Under the pieces are notes generated by a model that did no database searches, had not been told where the DNA came from, and was given only the letters and a program-made list of their open reading frames with translations. Shown here piece after piece: positions 1-9,110 of a stretch of DNA of 64,000 nucleotides; positions within the stretch are counted from its first letter, which is position 1, and each line of letters opens with the position of its first letter. A program made the position numbers and the translations under genes. The DNA comes from Planktomarina sp. (lineage in GTDB: Bacteria; Pseudomonadota; Alphaproteobacteria; Rhodobacterales; Rhodobacteraceae). Where the stretch lies: the NCBI GenBank assembly GCA_020629775.1, contig JAHDCP010000002.1, positions 17,433 to 81,432 of the forward strand, written 5' to 3'.

Positions 1-183
1 CGCCGCAACCCGCCCGTATTTTTCAATACATTCACTCCGTCCTGGGAATATTAGAACGGTTCCCCGATCCCCTTTCGGCCAAACGCCCATGCGAATGCGC
101 GTTCCGTCTTCTGTTTCCAACCAATAGGCGCTGCCACCTTTTGGTCCTTGGGCCAGATCTTCGTGAAAGGGGGCAGGGTGCAT
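1..183 (-). CDS. alpha/beta hydrolase (lysophospholipase-like), N-terminal fragment; gene runs off the left edge of the window
   Basis: Not in the ORF track because it is open at the window edge. The reverse complement of 1-183 starts with ATG (183-181) and reads MHPAPFHEDLAQGPKGGSAYWLETEDGTRIRMGVWPKGDRGTVLIFPGRSECIEKYGRVAA, open to base 1. The ...LIFPGRxExIEKYGR... pattern is typical of lysophospholipase-type alpha/beta hydrolase N-termini. It starts 4 nt after the stop of the upstream SCP2 gene. Confidence 0.6.
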   Translation of the reverse strand, partial: MHPAPFHEDLAQGPKGGSAYWLETEDGTRIRMGVWPKGDRGTVLIFPGRSECIEKYGRVAA

Positions 184-187
184 CGCG

Positions 188-475
188 TCAGCCCAGAACT
201 GAGGCCAAAGCCATGGCTTTGCCCATATCGCCTTCGACGGACAACTTGCCGGTCATGAAGGCCGTGGTGGGGTTTTGGTCACCGCTTAGAATGTTTTCGA
301 AAACATCTGCGTCGGCAATCAAGGTGACATCTGCTTCATCATCACCAACACGGGCGCCATCGCTGTCCAACATAATGGCACCTTCACCATTGATTTGGAA
401 TTTGGCGGTGCCGTTGAAATCCCCGTCCAATTTGGCGTTCAGGGCTTCTACGGCTTGGTTCAACATGTCGCTCAT
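188..475 (-). CDS. SCP2 sterol/lipid-carrier domain protein
   Basis: 95-aa track ORF. The C-terminal ...NPTTAFMTGKLSVEGDMGKAMAL... is the characteristic SCP2 domain signature. Confidence 0.75.
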   Translation of the reverse strand: MSDMLNQAVEALNAKLDGDFNGTAKFQINGEGAIMLDSDGARVGDDEADVTLIADADVFENILSGDQNPTTAFMTGKLSVEGDMGKAMALASVLG

Positions 476-552
476 CTTGGTTTTCCTTCATGATCGCGTA
501 AATGTGGGGGCAGGGGCCTTTCCAGGACCCTGGCTTATGTTACCTTAACGTT

Positions 553-1110
553 ATGCAAGGTTTATTTAGAAATCTCAAAGTTTTCGTTGCGGCAAGCGTT
601 TTGTCAGGTTTGACAGGTGCCGCACTGGCGCAAGATGCGCGTTTGGACCCATTGTTTGAGCGGTTGTTGGCTGTTGATGTGGATGATGCGCCACTTATCG
701 AAGATAAAATCGTGGCGGAATGGTCTAAGTCTGGATCTGCGGCGATGGATTATTTGTTACGCCGCGCCCAAAGCGAATTTCAAAAAGAAAATTGGAAAGG
801 GGCACTGATCCATCTAACCGCCCTGACTGATCATGCGCCCGAATTTGCAGAAGGGTGGCACGCCAAGTCACTGGCCCACTATCGTTTGGATCAAATTGGT
901 CTGGCTTTGGATGGTTTGGAACGCGCTTTGGCTTTGGAACCACGCCATTTCAATGCAATGGCGGGCGTATTGGCGATTATGGAACAAACCGGCCTGGATT
1001 CTGAGGCCTTGGACATGGCTTATTTGATCAAGGCTATACATCCACATTTTGAAGACATATCACAAAGCATAACGCGGCTTGAGGGCAAGACCCAAGGCGC
1101 TGCGTTATGA
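553..1110 (+). CDS. secreted tetratricopeptide-repeat protein
   Basis: Track ORF 502-1110. The ATG at 553 gives MQGLFRNLKVFVAASVLSGLTGAALAQ (signal peptide), followed by TPR-like helical repeats (...AEGWHAKSLAHYRLDQIGLALDGLERALALEPRHFNA...). Confidence 0.7.
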   Translation: MQGLFRNLKVFVAASVLSGLTGAALAQDARLDPLFERLLAVDVDDAPLIEDKIVAEWSKSGSAAMDYLLRRAQSEFQKENWKGALIHLTALTDHAPEFAEGWHAKSLAHYRLDQIGLALDGLERALALEPRHFNAMAGVLAIMEQTGLDSEALDMAYLIKAIHPHFEDISQSITRLEGKTQGAAL

Positions 1111-1140
1111 TGATTTTGGTGACCCTGGAGGGTGAGGGGC

Positions 1141-3879
1141 ATGGCCCAGATGCAGCGCATTGCAGCCGTCTTGGGGCCCACCAACACGGGTAAAACACAT
1201 TATGCCATAGAACGCATGTTGGCCCATAAATCCGGCATCATTGGCCTGCCTTTGCGTTTGTTGGCACGTGAAGTTTACGACCGTATCGTTGCCATTCGCG
1301 GACCGTCGGTTGTTGCCCTGGTCACCGGTGAAGAACGAATTGTCCCAGATCGAACCAAGTATTGGGTCTGCACCGTAGAAGCCATGCCGGAAGGTTTGGG
1401 TGTCGATTTCTTGGCCATCGATGAAGTTCAGCTGTGCGGGGATCCTGAACGCGGTCACATTTTCACGGACAGGTTGCTGCATGCCCGTGGCTTGCACGAA
1501 ACACTGTTTTTGGGGGCGGAAACCATGCGCCCTGCCATCGCGGATTTGGTGCCCAAAGCTCAATTTATGCGGCGGGATCGGATGTCCAAGCTGCTGTATT
1601 CGGGTGAAAAGAAACTGAACCGCATGATTGCGCGTTCGGCCATCGTCAGCTTCAGCGTGGATCAGGTGTATGGCATCGCAGAATTGCTGCGCAGGCAGCG
1701 GGGTGGGGCGGCTGTTGTTATGGGCGCGCTCAGCCCGCGGACCCGAAACAAACAAGTAGAGATGTATCAAAACGGCGATGTGGAGTTCTTAGTGGCTACG
1801 GATGCCATTGGGATGGGCCTGAACTTGGATGTGCGCCACGTCGCCTTTTCGGCCACAAAAAAATTTGACGGCCGCAAGATGCGCAGTCTGTTTCCCAATG
1901 AATTGGCCCAAATCGCGGGTCGCGCCGGGCGTTATATGAACGACGGAACCTTTGGCACCACAGGCGAGGCGCGTCCCTTTGACCCAGAAGTTGCCCAGGC
2001 CATTTGCGACAGCCGCTTCCAGCCATTGCAAAAACTCTATTGGCGAAATTCGTCTTTGCGGTTTGGGACTGTGGCCGGATTGATCAGATCCCTGGAGGAG
2101 CAAACAGACAATGATTGGCTGACGCGTGTCCGTGAAAGCGATGATTTGATTGCTTTGAAAACTCTGTCTCAGGACGCCGAAGCTGCGGCAAGGGCATCAG
2201 ATGGTCCATCGGTTCGGCTGTTGTGGGATGTGTGCCGCATTCCTGACTTTCGGTCTATTTCCACCACGGAACATGCATCGTTGTTAGGTCAGATATTTGC
2301 CTTCATGCATGAAAAAGGGGAAATTCCCAGTGATTGGATTGCACGCCAGTTAAAGCGGATTGATCGACCATCGGGTGACATTGATACGTTGTCCAAACGC
2401 TTGGCCTTTGTGCGGACTTGGACGTACGTTGCGCAACGCAAAGGCTGGTTGAATGACGAAAAGCATTGGCGCGGGGAAACGCGCGCTGTAGAAGACCGAT
2501 TGTCGGATGCATTGCATGATGCCCTGACGCAAAGATTTGTCGATCGGCGCACAAGTGTCTTGATGCGCCGGTTGAAACAAAAGGAGAGGCTTGTGGCCGA
2601 AATTAGCAAGGACGGCGAAGTCACCGTCGAAGGGCAATTCGTAGGACGTTTGGAAGGATTTCGCTTCCAGCAGGATAGCTCTGCAACGCCGGACGAGGCC
2701 AAAACCTTGCGCGCTGCAAGTTTGCAAGCGTTAGCACCAGAATTCCATTTGCGAGCGGACCGTTTTTATAACGCCCCAGATACCGAGATAGATTTCACAG
2801 ACCAAGGTGGTCTGATGTGGGGCACCCATGCCGTTGGAAAACTGGTTAAGGGCGCTGAAGCTTTGAAGCCCCAAGTCGAAGTCTTTGTTGATGATGAAGC
2901 AGGTGCAGATATCGCAGAGCGTGTGTCGCGGCGGTTGCAACATTTTATCGATCGTAAGATTGCAACCTTGTTTGAACCGTTGTTGAATATTCAACGGGAC
3001 GAAAGTTTGGAAGGTTTGGCCCGTGGCTTCGGGTTCCAGCTGACCGAAGGTTTGGGGCTTTTGGATCGGGCCCAGGTGGCTGAAGATGTGAAATCCCTGG
3101 ATCAAGATGCGCGTGGAACCTTGCGCAAGCACGGCGTGCGTTTTGGGCAATACACCATCTTTATGCCCTTGTTGTTGAAACCGGCCCCGACCCGCTTGCG
3201 GTTGATTTTATGGTCTTTGGCTAACGATTTGTCCGAATTCCCATCAGCGCCCCCTCCGGGATTGGTGACCATTGCCAATGATACCGGCGCTGTTGATGGG
3301 TATTTCTTGAAGTCCGGTTACAAACCGGCAGGTGAACGCGCCATTCGTGTTGATATGGTGGAACGCTTGGCGGACATGCTGCGCAATCAAAACAGTCGTG
3401 GTGGGTTCGAAGCCAACCCCGATATGCTGTCGATTACTGGCATGACATTGGAACAATTCGCAAATTTGATGGAAGGCCTGGGATACAAGGCGGACAAGGG
3501 TGAACGTCCTAAAGTTAAAGCTGAACCTGTTGCAGAAACCCCAGCCGAAACATCGCCAGAAGCCGAAGCGGCGCCAGTTGCGCCAGTTGCGGAAGACCCT
3601 GCACAAGACGCACCTGTAAAAGCAGCTGACGCTGCGCCAGCAGACAATGCCGAACCGGAAGTGGAAGTGTATTACACGTTCACATGGGGTGGGCGTCGTG
3701 CGGTGCAATCGGACCGCCGCGCCAATTCGGGTAAGCCCAGACCCAAAGGTCCGCGCAAATCCAAAGATCGCGACAACGGCAAAGCCAAAACGTTCAAGGC
3801 AGCGCCGCCGAAGAAAGAAAAGAAGATCGATCCAGATAACCCATTTGCCGCCGCCTTGATGGGTCTAAAAGACAAGTGA
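1141..3879 (+). CDS. ATP-dependent helicase-related protein (Suv3-like superfamily 2 helicase) with basic Lys/Pro/Ala-rich C-terminal tail
   Basis: Walker A GPTNTGKTH, DExx box AIDEVQL, helicase C-terminal motifs TDAIGMGLNLD and QIAGRAGR. The ATG at 1141 lies 9 nt after GGAGG (1127-1131); the track start at 1132 is a GTG. Confidence 0.85.
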   Translation: MAQMQRIAAVLGPTNTGKTHYAIERMLAHKSGIIGLPLRLLAREVYDRIVAIRGPSVVALVTGEERIVPDRTKYWVCTVEAMPEGLGVDFLAIDEVQLCGDPERGHIFTDRLLHARGLHETLFLGAETMRPAIADLVPKAQFMRRDRMSKLLYSGEKKLNRMIARSAIVSFSVDQVYGIAELLRRQRGGAAVVMGALSPRTRNKQVEMYQNGDVEFLVATDAIGMGLNLDVRHVAFSATKKFDGRKMRSLFPNELAQIAGRAGRYMNDGTFGTTGEARPFDPEVAQAICDSRFQPLQKLYWRNSSLRFGTVAGLIRSLEEQTDNDWLTRVRESDDLIALKTLSQDAEAAARASDGPSVRLLWDVCRIPDFRSISTTEHASLLGQIFAFMHEKGEIPSDWIARQLKRIDRPSGDIDTLSKRLAFVRTWTYVAQRKGWLNDEKHWRGETRAVEDRLSDALHDALTQRFVDRRTSVLMRRLKQKERLVAEISKDGEVTVEGQFVGRLEGFRFQQDSSATPDEAKTLRAASLQALAPEFHLRADRFYNAPDTEIDFTDQGGLMWGTHAVGKLVKGAEALKPQVEVFVDDEAGADIAERVSRRLQHFIDRKIATLFEPLLNIQRDESLEGLARGFGFQLTEGLGLLDRAQVAEDVKSLDQDARGTLRKHGVRFGQYTIFMPLLLKPAPTRLRLILWSLANDLSEFPSAPPPGLVTIANDTGAVDGYFLKSGYKPAGERAIRVDMVERLADMLRNQNSRGGFEANPDMLSITGMTLEQFANLMEGLGYKADKGERPKVKAEPVAETPAETSPEAEAAPVAPVAEDPAQDAPVKAADAAPADNAEPEVEVYYTFTWGGRRAVQSDRRANSGKPRPKGPRKSKDRDNGKAKTFKAAPPKKEKKIDPDNPFAAALMGLKDK

Positions 3880-4238
3880 GCGATGGACTGCGGCTGGACA
3901 AGTGGCTTTGGTATGCGCGGTTCTTCAAAACCCGCAGCCTTGCCACGCGTTTGGTGCAGACGGGTAAGGTGCGTGTGAATTCGGTGTCAGTTTCAAAACC
4001 TGCAAGAACGGTTCAAGTAGGCGATGTTCTGACATTTCCCAAAGATGATTACGTGCGTTTGATTGAGGTTAAAGAGCTGGGGTCCAGGCGTGGGCCCGCC
4101 CCAGAAGCCCAAGCGCTTTATGAAGATTTGGATCCCCCGCAACCCAAGCCGCGCGTGCCAGATGCGCCTAAATCTGATCACAAACCCAATGCACGCGAAA
4201 GAAGGGCCCAATCGGACTTTAAACGCGGGTTGATTTAA
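3876..4238 (+). CDS. S4-domain RNA-binding protein (Hsp15-like)
   Basis: LDKWLWYARFFKTRSLATRLVQTGKVRVNS is an S4 RNA-binding motif. The GTG start overlaps the helicase stop (GTGA). Confidence 0.8.
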   Translation: MSDGLRLDKWLWYARFFKTRSLATRLVQTGKVRVNSVSVSKPARTVQVGDVLTFPKDDYVRLIEVKELGSRRGPAPEAQALYEDLDPPQPKPRVPDAPKSDHKPNARERRAQSDFKRGLI

Positions 4239-4314
4239 CCCAAATAAAGGGACATTCAGGGGCAAAGCCCCATGGCTGTACCATTTTATTGACATATCGG
4301 GATGTTGAAACCCT

Positions 4315-4653
4315 ATGACTTACGTTGTCACTGACAATTGCATCGCATGTAAATTCACCGACTGTGTAGAAGTCTGCCCTGTGGACTGCTTTTACGAAGG
4401 TGAAAACGCCCTTGTGATCCACCCTGATGAATGCATCGACTGCGGTGTTTGTGAACCCGAATGCCCGGCAGATGCGATCCGCCCGGACACAGAGCCGGAC
4501 ATGGAAAAATGGGTCACGTTTAACCGTAAATACGCAGAACAATGGCCTGTAATCATCACCAAAAAAGATCCGCTTCCTGATGCGGAAGAACGTGATGGTG
4601 AAGCAGACAAATTGGAAAAATACTTTTCCGAAGCTCCAGGTGAAGGCGGGTAA
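4315..4653 (+). CDS. fdxA: 7Fe ferredoxin (FdxA type)
   Basis: Two Cys clusters, [14 protein letters not shown] and [12 protein letters not shown]. The 112-aa length and [11 protein letters not shown]-terminus are typical of FdxA. Confidence 0.9.
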   Translation: MTYVVTDNCIACKFTDCVEVCPVDCFYEGENALVIHPDECIDCGVCEPECPADAIRPDTEPDMEKWVTFNRKYAEQWPVIITKKDPLPDAEERDGEADKLEKYFSEAPGEGG

Positions 4654-4819
4654 TTGCCTGCGCTTTTCTTAATCCGCAAATTGTGATATAGTGCGGATAA
4701 TGCGAGAGAAATTTTGAACGCCATCCGCGCTTAGCGCTTTCCAGACAGTTTTGGTCCTTGATGCCGCCTTTGGGGTGGCGGGGTGATTTTGACTGTTTTT
4801 GACCAGAAAGGACACCGAC

Positions 4820-5335
4820 GTGGCCAAGAAGAAACTGCCCTTTTCCATCAAAGAATTCGTGGTGTACCCCGCCCATGGTGTGGGCCAAGTGACAGATGTC
4901 GAAACGCAAGAAATTGCTGGCGTCGAATTGGAACTGTTCGTCATCAACTTTGCAAAAGACAAGATGACCCTGCGGGTTCCGACCCATAAAGCGGAAGAAG
5001 TGGGCATGCGTCCATTGGCACCCCCGGATGTTGTGTCACGCGCGATGACAACACTGCGCGGCAAAGCCAAGGTGAAACGCGCCATGTGGTCCCGCCGGGC
5101 GCAAGAATATGAAGCCAAGATCAATTCTGGTGATTTGATTGCCATCGCGGAAGTGGTGCGCGATTTGCACCGCAACGATGATCAACGTGAACAGTCTTAC
5201 TCTGAACGCCAGTTGTATGAGGCTGCTTTGGACCGGCTGACACGCGAAGTGGCCGCTGTGAACAACGCAGAAGAAAGTGTGGCCGTTGAAGAAATTACTT
5301 CAATCTTGGCGGCACGTGTGGTTCCTGCGGCTTAA
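4820..5335 (+). CDS. carD: CarD-family transcriptional regulator
   Basis: ...EFVVYPAHGVGQVTDVETQEIAG... matches the CarD/CdnL RNAP-interacting domain. The GTG at 4820 is preceded by AAGGA (4808-4812); the track start at 4799 is a TTG. Start is uncertain by 7 codons. Confidence 0.85.
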   Translation: MAKKKLPFSIKEFVVYPAHGVGQVTDVETQEIAGVELELFVINFAKDKMTLRVPTHKAEEVGMRPLAPPDVVSRAMTTLRGKAKVKRAMWSRRAQEYEAKINSGDLIAIAEVVRDLHRNDDQREQSYSERQLYEAALDRLTREVAAVNNAEESVAVEEITSILAARVVPAA

Positions 5336-5337
5336 CC

Positions 5338-6090
5338 TCAAAAAGCTGCAGCACAGACCAACAAAATGGACAGTTCGGACGTGACTTGGGATGCGCCCAG
5401 CACGTCCCCTGTTTGCCCACCGATTTTTCGGTGGGCCACATATCCCACAACAGCCACCACCAAGAAAGACGCAGCAACGGCAAGCCAGGGCAGTGAAAGT
5501 GCAGCGCAGACAACCCCGATACCAAGGGCGATTGCCGCGCAGATTTTCGGGGGTTGGCCCACGCTTTGTGATAACCCATTGACCCGTGCATTGGGCAACA
5601 AGGCCATTGTGATTGGCATCCACCCGCGCGACAATGCTGCCGCCCCGATCAAAACCCAAGGCGTGGTGATCAAGGTGCCGATCAACACAGCTTTTAAGGC
5701 CAAAGTGACCATCAGGCCTGCTGTTCCGTAAACGCCCAGCCGGCTGTCTTTCATGATCTCCAGCCTGGCGTCGCGGGTCCACCCGCCCCAAAATCCATCC
5801 AGTGTGTCGGACAACCCGTCTTCGTGCATTGCGCCCGTCAAAAACAAGCCAAGGGCAACGGCAAGAATGCCGATGGCAATCGGGGGCAATGACGTTATGG
5901 AAAGGGCCCAAACAACCAGCGCCAGGATCCCACCAACCACAATGCCAACGAACGGATAAGCCCAGGCGCCCTTGGCACCCCGTGCGGCGGCCCAATCGCC
6001 ATCCACGCGGACGGGCAGGCGGGTCAATAATCCCAAACTTGCCGGGATGTCATGCAGGCTTGGACGCCATATGTCGGTCTTGTTCTTCAA
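5338..6090 (-). CDS. cobS: adenosylcobinamide-GDP ribazoletransferase (cobalamin synthase)
   Basis: Polytopic membrane protein with the N-terminal LGLLTRLPV motif typical of CobS. Apparent TTG start. Confidence 0.85.
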   Translation of the reverse strand: MKNKTDIWRPSLHDIPASLGLLTRLPVRVDGDWAAARGAKGAWAYPFVGIVVGGILALVVWALSITSLPPIAIGILAVALGLFLTGAMHEDGLSDTLDGFWGGWTRDARLEIMKDSRLGVYGTAGLMVTLALKAVLIGTLITTPWVLIGAAALSRGWMPITMALLPNARVNGLSQSVGQPPKICAAIALGIGVVCAALSLPWLAVAASFLVVAVVGYVAHRKIGGQTGDVLGASQVTSELSILLVCAAAF

Positions 6091-6168
6091 AACGCCTTAT
6101 CGTCCTTTCAGCGGTTTTCTCACTTGGCTAAAGAGGGGGAAAGTAAAACACAAACGGAGTCTGTTACA

Positions 6169-7182
6169 TTGGCAAAATTTGAAACATTGGATGCATTCCG
6201 CGCAATTCTGGCAGACTTGCCTGGCCCCAACGATCGTGCAAGACAAGACGCCCAAGATCGCAATGGACAGTTGACCAAACCCCCCGGCGCACTTGGCACA
6301 CTTGAGGATTTGGCGATTTGGTATGCCAGCTGGTCAGGGACAGGACGCCCCAAGATGGAGTCCCCTCAAATCATTATTTTCGCCGGGAACCATGGTGTCA
6401 CGGCTTCTGGTGTTTCCGCGTTCCCCGCCGAAGTGACGGCACAAATGGTTATGAATTTCCAAGCCGGTGGTGCAGCCATCAACCAATTGGCCAATGCTTT
6501 TGGCGCGAAATTGGATGTTCATTCGTTGGACTTAGACAACCCAACAGCAAACTTCACGGAAAGCCCAGCAATGTCTGAGGCAGAGCTGTTGACCGCCCTA
6601 CAAACCGGCTGGAATGCAGTTGATCCGGACGCTGACGTGTTGGTGGTTGGCGAAATGGGGATCGGCAATACCACGTCTGCGGCGGCTCTTTGCACAGCCA
6701 TTTTCGGTGGAAACCCGGATGATTGGGTTGGCCGGGGCACTGGTGTGGACGATGATGGGCTGCAGCGTAAATTGGATGCCGTGTCGGCTGGATTGGCTTT
6801 GCATAAAGATGCACTTTCAGACCCGCTTGAAGTTTTGCGTTGCCTCGGCGGACGCGAAATTGCCGCGATGGCTGGGGCAATGGTCCGTGCCCGGGTGGAA
6901 AGCGTGCCCGTGTTGCTGGACGGCTTTATTTGCACATCTGCGGCGGCAGTTTTGTTCGGTATGACCGAAAACGCCCTGGACCATGTCACTGCCGGGCACC
7001 TGTCTGCGGAAGGCGCGCACCGCGCAGCTTTGGACAAAATGTCCAAAACACCCCTTCTTTCATTGGGACTTCGCTTGGGCGAAGGGTCAGGCGGCGCGGC
7101 TGCCCTTGGCGTTTTGAAAGCAGCAGTGGCTTGTCATTCTGGCATGGCTACCTTTGCCGAAGCAGGCGTCAGCGACGCATAA
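6169..7182 (+). CDS. cobT: nicotinate-nucleotide--dimethylbenzimidazole phosphoribosyltransferase
   Basis: Motifs [22 protein letters not shown] and [14 protein letters not shown]. The track ORF opens at 6052 and would overlap cobS. The in-frame TTG at 6169, 9 nt after GGAG, gives a 337-aa product. Start is uncertain. Confidence 0.85.
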   Translation: MAKFETLDAFRAILADLPGPNDRARQDAQDRNGQLTKPPGALGTLEDLAIWYASWSGTGRPKMESPQIIIFAGNHGVTASGVSAFPAEVTAQMVMNFQAGGAAINQLANAFGAKLDVHSLDLDNPTANFTESPAMSEAELLTALQTGWNAVDPDADVLVVGEMGIGNTTSAAALCTAIFGGNPDDWVGRGTGVDDDGLQRKLDAVSAGLALHKDALSDPLEVLRCLGGREIAAMAGAMVRARVESVPVLLDGFICTSAAAVLFGMTENALDHVTAGHLSAEGAHRAALDKMSKTPLLSLGLRLGEGSGGAAALGVLKAAVACHSGMATFAEAGVSDA

Positions 7183-7183
7183 A

Positions 7184-9043
7184 CTATTCGCCGCCCTGGG
7201 CTTTTTCCTGTTGGATCTTGCTAACCAAGTTAGTTTCCAAATCAGAGTTCAGGGCGGTCGCCCGTTCGATATAGGGCTTGTTCTGCGTAACTGGGATGTT
7301 TGGGTCCCACAATTCTGCCAGTTCTTTTAGGACGCGGCGATCTTCTTTGTAGAACATGCGTTCGAATTCATGGGCTTCGAAATCGGAAAACTCATGTTGT
7401 TCCAGAACATACCGACCCGCCCTTAGCGAGCTGTCAAACATTTCCCGTACGATATCATTGGCCCCAGCAGCGAAGAGTTCGTAAACATGGATCCTGTCTT
7501 TTGCACGGGCAACGATGTGCAAGTCAGGCCGTTCGCGGCGGGCATATTTCACCAATTGCACGGCGGCATGGGGATCATCCAATGCCACCACTAAGACTTT
7601 GGCTTTTTCCAAACCCGCTGCGTGCAAAACGTCTGGGCGCGTGGGATCGCCAAAGAAACCTTTGTACCCAAATTGCCGCATCAGCTTGATCACCTCAAGA
7701 TCGTGGTCAAGGACGGTCGTCTGGTGTCCAGCGGTGCGCATCATGCGGTTTACCACCTGTCCAAAGCGGCCGATGCCGGCGATGATAATGCCGGAATGTT
7801 CGTCAATATCATCGGCGACAGTATCTGCAGGATCGTCTTTTATGCGTTTTGAGATTTGATCGTAAACGATGAACAAAACAGGCGTCAGCAGCATTGACAA
7901 GGCCACCACCAACAGCAATGTTTCGGCCAAAGCGTTGTCCAAAACACTTTGTTGAATGGCAAAGGAGATGAGGACAAAGCCGAATTCGCCGGCCTGCGCC
8001 AAGGAAAGCCGAAACAGCATGGCGTCCCGGCCGGGCATCTTGAACACTTTGCCAATGCCAAACAGAACCAGCCATTTCACGAAAATCAATCCGAACGTCA
8101 GCCCCAAAATCGTTCCGGGTTGGCCGAACAATACATCGAAATTGACGCCGGCACCCACCGTGATGAAAAACAATCCAAGAAGCAGCCCCTTGAAAGGTTC
8201 GATGTCGCTTTCAAGTTGGTGCCTGAATTCGGAATTCGCCAACACTACGCCGGCCAGGAATGTGCCAAGGGCAGGGGACAACCCTACCAGCGTCATGATC
8301 ACCGCGATGCCCACTACGATTAATAGGGCAAAGGCTGTATGCAGCTCGCGTAAATGTGCGCCGTTAACGAAATAGAACAGCGGCCGTATCAAGAAAGTGC
8401 CCACCAGCACCACAACTGCAACAGCGCCCAAAGTTACCAAAGTAACGCCCCAGCCTGGCAATCCCTCCACAAGGCTTAACGTTGCTGCATGGTGGGCGTC
8501 TTCGGCGTGGTGGCCAACGTCAGCGCCATGGGCGATTGCCAGCAAAGGAAGCAAAGCCAACATCGGAATAACAGCGATATCTTGGGTCAACAAAACGGAA
8601 AAAGCGGAACGCCCACCGTTGGAATTCATCAATCCCTTTTCCGCCAAAGTTTGCAAAACAATCGCGGTTGATGACAAAGACAAAATCAGCCCGACAGCTA
8701 GCGCTGTTTGCCATGGCAGTCCAAAAAACAGCCCCGCTGCGGTGATTAATCCTGCGGAAAGGCCAATTTGAAGACCACCAAAGTTGATCAGCTTGGACCG
8801 CATCGCCCATAAAGCTTTGGGTTCCAGTTCCAAGCCAATCAAAAACAACATCATAACAACGCCAAATTCAGCGAAGTGCTGCAATTCCGTTGTTTCATTG
8901 CCAACCCAGCCCAAAACAGGGCCAATCACGATCCCGGCGATAAGATACCCAAGGACTGATCCCAATCCCAACCGGACTGCGACAGGGACTGCCACCAATG
9001 CTGCCCCCAGATAGAGGGTCGCTTGAAACAGAAAGTTTTCCAT
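7184..9043 (-). CDS. monovalent cation:proton antiporter-2 (CPA2) family K+ efflux protein, KefB/KefC-like, with C-terminal RCK/TrkA-N domain
   Basis: About 12 predicted TM helices of the Na+/H+ exchanger type, followed by the Rossmann motif IIIAGIGRFGQVV. Confidence 0.85.
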   Translation of the reverse strand: MENFLFQATLYLGAALVAVPVAVRLGLGSVLGYLIAGIVIGPVLGWVGNETTELQHFAEFGVVMMLFLIGLELEPKALWAMRSKLINFGGLQIGLSAGLITAAGLFFGLPWQTALAVGLILSLSSTAIVLQTLAEKGLMNSNGGRSAFSVLLTQDIAVIPMLALLPLLAIAHGADVGHHAEDAHHAATLSLVEGLPGWGVTLVTLGAVAVVVLVGTFLIRPLFYFVNGAHLRELHTAFALLIVVGIAVIMTLVGLSPALGTFLAGVVLANSEFRHQLESDIEPFKGLLLGLFFITVGAGVNFDVLFGQPGTILGLTFGLIFVKWLVLFGIGKVFKMPGRDAMLFRLSLAQAGEFGFVLISFAIQQSVLDNALAETLLLVVALSMLLTPVLFIVYDQISKRIKDDPADTVADDIDEHSGIIIAGIGRFGQVVNRMMRTAGHQTTVLDHDLEVIKLMRQFGYKGFFGDPTRPDVLHAAGLEKAKVLVVALDDPHAAVQLVKYARRERPDLHIVARAKDRIHVYELFAAGANDIVREMFDSSLRAGRYVLEQHEFSDFEAHEFERMFYKEDRRVLKELAELWDPNIPVTQNKPYIERATALNSDLETNLVSKIQQEKAQGGE

Positions 9044-9110
9044 TGTTCACCCTTTGTAAAGTGGTCCCCTGCTGCAATCACAACAGCAAGGTCGGTGATC
9101 GAACGTGAGG

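Noticed and set aside
6091-6168. Cobalamin riboswitch between divergent cobS and cobT
   Set aside because: The spacer is only ~78 nt, or less if cobT starts earlier. That is far too short for a B12 element, and no B12-box-like sequence was seen.
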